Of a DNA stretch of 64,000 nt, positions 59,593 through 64,000 are shown in pieces. The notes under the pieces were generated by a model that searched no databases, was not told the origin of the DNA, and saw only the letters and a program-made list of their open reading frames with translations. This DNA is from Candidatus Methylomirabilia bacterium (GTDB taxonomy: Bacteria; Methylomirabilota; Methylomirabilia; Rokubacteriales; CSP1-6). The translations under genes were made by a program, and so were the position numbers. Within the stretch, counting starts at the first letter, position 1. Every line of letters starts with the position of its first letter. The stretch spans positions 40,710-104,709 of the forward strand of contig JBGPXN010000001.1 of assembly GCA_041492755.1 (NCBI GenBank), given 5' to 3'.

Positions 59593-60495
59593 TTACCCGT
59601 CGGTCTGGCAGACGGCGCCGGCCGCATCGACGTCGAGAACCCGCGCCCGGCCTTCGATGCCGGCCTTGCCGAGCGCCGTTTCCATCGCGCGCGCGACGGC
59701 GTCCCCGTCACCCGTGACGACGGCGAGCATCGACGGCCCCGCGCCGCTGAGGACACAACCCAACGCCCCGGCGTCGCGGGCGGCCGCGGCGACCGCGGGC
59801 AGCCACGGGAAGAGCCGGCGACGATAGGGCTGATGCAGTCGGTCCTCCAGGGCGACGGCGAGCGCGTCGGGCCGCCGCGTTTGCAGCGCGGCCAGGAGGA
59901 GCGCGACACGCTGCACGTTGAACACGGCGTCCGCCCGCGACACCGACTTCGGCAGCACCGCTCGCGCTTCCGCCGTCGTACTGGTCACCTCGGGCACGAG
60001 CACGATCCACCGCAGCTCGGGCGGGACCGGCAGCGTCAGCGCGCGCGTGCCGCTCCCATCCGAGGACGACACGGTCAAGCCGCCGTACACCGCGGCCGCG
60101 ACGTTGTCGGGATGGCCCTCCGCCCGCGCCGCCAGCACCAACAGCGCCTCGCGGTCGAGCGGCGCGCCGAGCAGCGCGTTCCCCGCGACCAGCCCGGCCA
60201 CCCACGCCGCCGCGCTCGACCCGAGTCCGCGCGCCAGCGGAATCCGATTCACGCACGTCAGCGCGCACCCGGGAAACGGACGTCCCACGGCCTCGTACGC
60301 GAGACGAACCCCGCGCGCCACGACGTTGCGCGGCCCGGTCCCGAGCCGGTCCGCGCCCTCCCCCTCCGCGGTGATCGTGACGCTGTCCGCCTCCTCCGCC
60401 GTCACGTCGTTGTGCAGGGCCAGCGCGAGCCCCAGCGCATCGAACCCCGGCCCGAGGTTCGCGGAACTAGCCGGCACGCGTACGCGCACGCGCAT
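59593..60495 (-). CDS. thrB: Homoserine kinase
   Basis: VPASSANLGPGFDALG, IPLARGLGSSAA, EGHPDNV, EDRLHQPYR, LSGAGPS. Confidence 0.96.
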   Translation of the reverse strand: MRVRVRVPASSANLGPGFDALGLALALHNDVTAEEADSVTITAEGEGADRLGTGPRNVVARGVRLAYEAVGRPFPGCALTCVNRIPLARGLGSSAAAWVAGLVAGNALLGAPLDREALLVLAARAEGHPDNVAAAVYGGLTVSSSDGSGTRALTLPVPPELRWIVLVPEVTSTTAEARAVLPKSVSRADAVFNVQRVALLLAALQTRRPDALAVALEDRLHQPYRRRLFPWLPAVAAAARDAGALGCVLSGAGPSMLAVVTGDGDAVARAMETALGKAGIEGRARVLDVDAAGAVCQTDG

Positions 60496-60569
60496 CGCGA
60501 CGTCTAACGGATTGCGGAAAGCCGCCGCAGCATCGAAAAAGCCCCGGCGCCACGGGGTGAGGCTTCGCG

Positions 60570-60641
60570 ACTCGAGCGCGGGCTTTGCCCGCGCCCGCTC
60601 TGGGGGAGGCATCGGAGGGGGCCGTCGAGGCCCCCTCCGAT
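60570..60641. repeat. Two-hairpin intergenic element
   Basis: gcgcgggc-ttt-gcccgcgc and tcggagggggcc-gtcga-ggccccctccga; layout resembles the REP-like family but sequence differs. Confidence 0.6.
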
Positions 60642-60675
60642 GAAACGCCGCAGATGGGCCCTTTTCATCGGCCTG

Positions 60676-61416
60676 CTACAGCCGGCGTAACAGCCATTCC
60701 GGGGTGAGTGAGATCGCCCAGGCGTTGAGGACGATGTAGTAGTTGGTGAAAACAAGCACGCCCACGACGATGAGGATCACGCCGGCCGCGCGTTCCATCG
60801 CCGGAATGAACGGCCGGTAGCGCTTGAAGAACTTCAGGAACGAGCCGAGCGCGACCGCCGACAACAAGAACGGCAGACCCAGCCCGGCCGAATAGGCGAC
60901 GAGCAGGCCGATCCCGCGTCCCACCGTCTCCGCGGTGCCCGCGAGGGACAGGATCGCGCCCAGGATCGGACCGACGCACGGCGTCCAGCCGATCGCGAAG
61001 GTGACGCCGACGGCGAAGGAGCCGAGATAGCCGGCCGGCTTCTCGCGAATCTGCCACTGCGCCGTCCGGCCGAACAGCCCGAACTTCAGCAGGCCCGCGA
61101 TGTACAGCCCGAAGACGACGATGAGCGCGCCGCCCACCCGCTGGATCCATTGGCGATAGTCGAGCAGGAACTGGCCGGCGGCGCTGAACGACGCGCCGAG
61201 CGCCACGAACACGAGGGAGAACCCGAGGACGAACGCGACGGCGTGCAGGAGCACGCGGCGGCGCGCGGTCGGCGGCAGCTCCCCGGTGAGGTCCGCCACC
61301 GACATGCCCGTGATGAACGAGACGTAGGACGGAAACAGCGGAAGCACGCAGGGCGAGAGGAACGAGAACAGCCCGGCGCTGAAGGCGACCGCCACGCCGA
61401 GGCCCTGCCCCATCAT
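60676..61416 (-). CDS. ccdA: Cytochrome c biogenesis protein CcdA
   Basis: AGLFSFLSPCVLPL, GWTPCVGPILG, YSAGLGLPFL. Confidence 0.92.
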   Translation of the reverse strand: MMGQGLGVAVAFSAGLFSFLSPCVLPLFPSYVSFITGMSVADLTGELPPTARRRVLLHAVAFVLGFSLVFVALGASFSAAGQFLLDYRQWIQRVGGALIVVFGLYIAGLLKFGLFGRTAQWQIREKPAGYLGSFAVGVTFAIGWTPCVGPILGAILSLAGTAETVGRGIGLLVAYSAGLGLPFLLSAVALGSFLKFFKRYRPFIPAMERAAGVILIVVGVLVFTNYYIVLNAWAISLTPEWLLRRL

Positions 61417-62081
61417 CAGCGGGCGAGCGCCTCGACCAGCGAGTGCGAGGCGTCGTTGTCCCAGACGCGGGGGCCGATGGCCAGCGCGGCCATGTTGCCG
61501 TCCCGATCGACGATGAAGGTCGAGGGCAGCGCGCGCACACCGTAGGTGTTCGCCACCTCCATCTTCGCATCGAGCCCGATCAGGAAGCTGAGCTTGTGCT
61601 CCGACACGAACGGGGTGATCGCCTTTGGATCGGCATCGACCGAGACCGCCAGCATCACGAGCCCATCGTCCTTGTGCTGGCGGTAGAGACGCTCCATCGC
61701 CGGCATCTCGTCGCGGCAGGGCGGGCACCACGTCGCCCAGAAGTTGACGAAGACCACTTTGCCCCGGTGCTCGTTCAGCTTGAACGTCCCGCCATCCGGC
61801 GTTGGCAACGTGAAACTGTCGGCGATCTTCTGCCGGCCCGGCTTGATCAAGTCGAGCTCGCGCAGGGCCTCGTTCAGGCCGAGCATCCGTCCCGGCCGCG
61901 GCGGGCGCGCCGGCCGGGGTGCCGACGCAACGGCGGGCGCGGTCGGGCGGGGCGCGCTCACCGCCGTGGGCGAGTCCGCACCCTCGGGCGGCGCGGCGCC
62001 GCGAACGGCAAAAACCAGGCCCGCCCCCATGACCACGACGAGCGCGGTCAGGGCGAGGATGACGCCGGACGACCGTGGCAT
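61416..62081 (-). CDS. TlpA/ResA-family thiol-disulfide oxidoreductase
   Basis: N-terminal anchor, VNFWATWCPPCRDEMP, YGVRALPSTFIVD. Confidence 0.92.
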   Translation of the reverse strand: MPRSSGVILALTALVVVMGAGLVFAVRGAAPPEGADSPTAVSAPRPTAPAVASAPRPARPPRPGRMLGLNEALRELDLIKPGRQKIADSFTLPTPDGGTFKLNEHRGKVVFVNFWATWCPPCRDEMPAMERLYRQHKDDGLVMLAVSVDADPKAITPFVSEHKLSFLIGLDAKMEVANTYGVRALPSTFIVDRDGNMAALAIGPRVWDNDASHSLVEALAR

Positions 62082-62189
62082 GTGACCTCCAAATCCTTGA
62101 AACAACGAGCAGTATATCCTATGCTCCGACGTCATCGGCCGCGGACAACGCCGTCGCGGACGCCGGGAGACCGCCAAGGAGGCTCATCC

Positions 62190-63986
62190 ATGGACGAACG
62201 GGACATCCGCGCGCTACTCGACGATGTGAAGGCCGGCCGCCTCTCACGCCGCGCATTCGTGCGCGGCATGGTCGCCCTCGGGCTTACCGCCCCGATGGCC
62301 GCCCAACTGCTCTCGTCGGCGGGAATCGCGGCCGCTCAGACCAAGCCGGCCTTCGCGCCCACCAAGCGCGGCGGAGGTGGGTCCCTCAAGGTGCTCTGGT
62401 GGCAGGCGCCCACCCTGCTCAACCCGCACTTCGCGGTAGGGACCAAGGATCAGGACGGCTCGCACGTCTTCTACGAGCCGCTGGCCTCGTACGACCCTGA
62501 CGGCAACCTCATCCCGGCGCTCGCCCAGGAGATCCCGTCGGTGGCCAACGGCAGCGTGACCCGCGACGGCAAGTCGGTGACGTGGCGCCTGAAGAAGAAC
62601 GTGGTGTGGCACGACGGGAAGCCGTTCACGGCGGACGACGTCGTCTTCAACTGGGAATACGCCGGCGACCCCGCCACCGCCGCGGTCACCATCGGCACCT
62701 TCAAGGACATCGCGAAGGTCGAGAAGCTCGACCCGCACACGGTGAAGATCACGTTCAAGGAGGCGACGCCGTTCTGGTCCGAGCCGTTCTGCGGACCGCG
62801 CGGCCAGATCATCCCCAAGCACCTGTTCGACCAGTTCCGCGGCGCCAAGTCGCGGGAGGCGCCCACGAACCTCAAGCCCGTCGGCACCGGGCCCTACAAG
62901 TTCGTCGACTTCAAGCCCGGCGACACCGTGCGCGGCCAGATCAACACGGCGTACCACGCGACCAACCGGCCGTTCTTCGACACGATCGAGATGAAGGGCG
63001 GCGGCGACGCCGTCTCGGCCGCGCGCGCCGTGATCCAGACGGGCGAGTTCGACTTCGCGTGGAACCTGCAGGTCGAGGACGAGATCCTGCGTCGCATGGA
63101 GCAGGGCGGCAAGGGCAAGGTCGACATCGCGGTCGCCGGCAACATCGAGCACATCCAGTGCAACCAGACCGATCCCTGGAAGGAGGTCGACGGCGAGCGC
63201 TCCAGCCTGAAGACCTCGCATCCCTTCCTCACCGATCCCGCCGTCCGCCAGGCCCTCAACCTCCTCGTGGACCGTGCTTCCGTCCAGGAGCAGATCTACG
63301 GGCGGCTCGGGCAGTCCACCGCCAACTTCCTCAACGCGCCGTCCCGCTTCCACTCCAAGAACATGAAGTGGGAGTTCAACGTCGACAAGGCGAACCAGGT
63401 CCTGGAAGCCGCCGGCTGGAAGCGCGGAACGGATGGAATCCGCGCCAAGGACGGCAAGAAGCTCAAGATGGTGTTCCAGACCGCGATCAACGCCCCCCGG
63501 CAGAAGACGCAGGCGATCGTGAAGCAGGCGGCGACCAGGGCCGGGATCGACCTCGAGATCAAGTCGGTGCTGTCGTCGGTCTTCTTCTCGTCGGATTTCG
63601 CCAACCCCGACACCTACTCGAAGTTCTACACCGACATCCAGATGTACACGACCACGATGGGCGCGCCGGATCCCCAGACGTTCATGAACCAGTTCACCAC
63701 CGCCGAGGTCGCCAGCAAGGACAACAAGTGGCAGGGCCGCAACATCCCGCGCTGGCGCAACGAGGAGTACGACAAGGCGTTCAAGGCGGCGGAGAACGAG
63801 CTCGATCCGATCAAGCGCGCGGCCCATTTCATCAAGATGAACGACCTGGTCATCCAGAACGTGGTGGTGATCCCCGTGCTCTGGCGGAGCGTCATCAGCG
63901 CGGTCTCGCAGAAGGTCAAGGGCACCGAGATCTCGGGGTGGGATTCCAACCTCTGGAACCTGGCCAACTGGTACCGCGAAGCCTGA
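62190..63986 (+). CDS. Peptide ABC transporter substrate-binding protein (family 5) with Tat signal
   Basis: AAGGAGG RBS, SRRAFV Tat motif, WHDGKPFTADDVVF, PVGTGPYKF, DPAVRQAL. Confidence 0.93.
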   Translation: MDERDIRALLDDVKAGRLSRRAFVRGMVALGLTAPMAAQLLSSAGIAAAQTKPAFAPTKRGGGGSLKVLWWQAPTLLNPHFAVGTKDQDGSHVFYEPLASYDPDGNLIPALAQEIPSVANGSVTRDGKSVTWRLKKNVVWHDGKPFTADDVVFNWEYAGDPATAAVTIGTFKDIAKVEKLDPHTVKITFKEATPFWSEPFCGPRGQIIPKHLFDQFRGAKSREAPTNLKPVGTGPYKFVDFKPGDTVRGQINTAYHATNRPFFDTIEMKGGGDAVSAARAVIQTGEFDFAWNLQVEDEILRRMEQGGKGKVDIAVAGNIEHIQCNQTDPWKEVDGERSSLKTSHPFLTDPAVRQALNLLVDRASVQEQIYGRLGQSTANFLNAPSRFHSKNMKWEFNVDKANQVLEAAGWKRGTDGIRAKDGKKLKMVFQTAINAPRQKTQAIVKQAATRAGIDLEIKSVLSSVFFSSDFANPDTYSKFYTDIQMYTTTMGAPDPQTFMNQFTTAEVASKDNKWQGRNIPRWRNEEYDKAFKAAENELDPIKRAAHFIKMNDLVIQNVVVIPVLWRSVISAVSQKVKGTEISGWDSNLWNLANWYREA

Positions 63987-64000
63987 GGCGCGGCGGCGGC

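Overview
High-GC bacterial chromosomal window with no rRNA, tRNA, CRISPR, transposase or phage genes, and most genes on the minus strand. Gene order and content (rplM-rpsI-argC-argJ-rpsB-tsf-pyrH-frr-uppS-cdsA-dxr-rseP-ispG-proS, Pup, DsrEFH-like genes) suggest a Methylomirabilota/Rokubacteria- or Nitrospira-like organism; this is an inference. Blocks in order: translation/isoprenoid core operon (1-12.8 kb); envelope glycosylation cluster with nth (12.9-20 kb); a sigma-70 factor; an acyl-CoA uptake/activation/diiron/carboxylase operon ending in a deleted carboxyltransferase (22-32.5 kb); dinB; an Fe-S/sulfur-trafficking locus (34-43.7 kb); a MoxR-DUF58-VWA-TPR operon (43.9-54.1 kb); a selenium locus (SenB-like glycosyltransferase, selD with in-frame UGA and SECIS-like hairpin, LysR); an orphan Pup gene; dcd, thrB, ccdA-tlpA; and a peptide ABC binding protein. 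Most striking: the IscS of the canonical isc operon lacks both the PLP Schiff-base Lys and the PLP-stacking His but keeps its Cys loop. A second, intact desulfurase nearby is paired with an IscU-like protein missing its third Cys, and a DsrEFH/TusDCB-like trio lies between the two modules. This looks like a split, complementary sulfur-delivery/scaffold system. A REP-like intergenic repeat family is also present, always oriented with transcription. All calls come from reading motifs by eye; no database searches were run.
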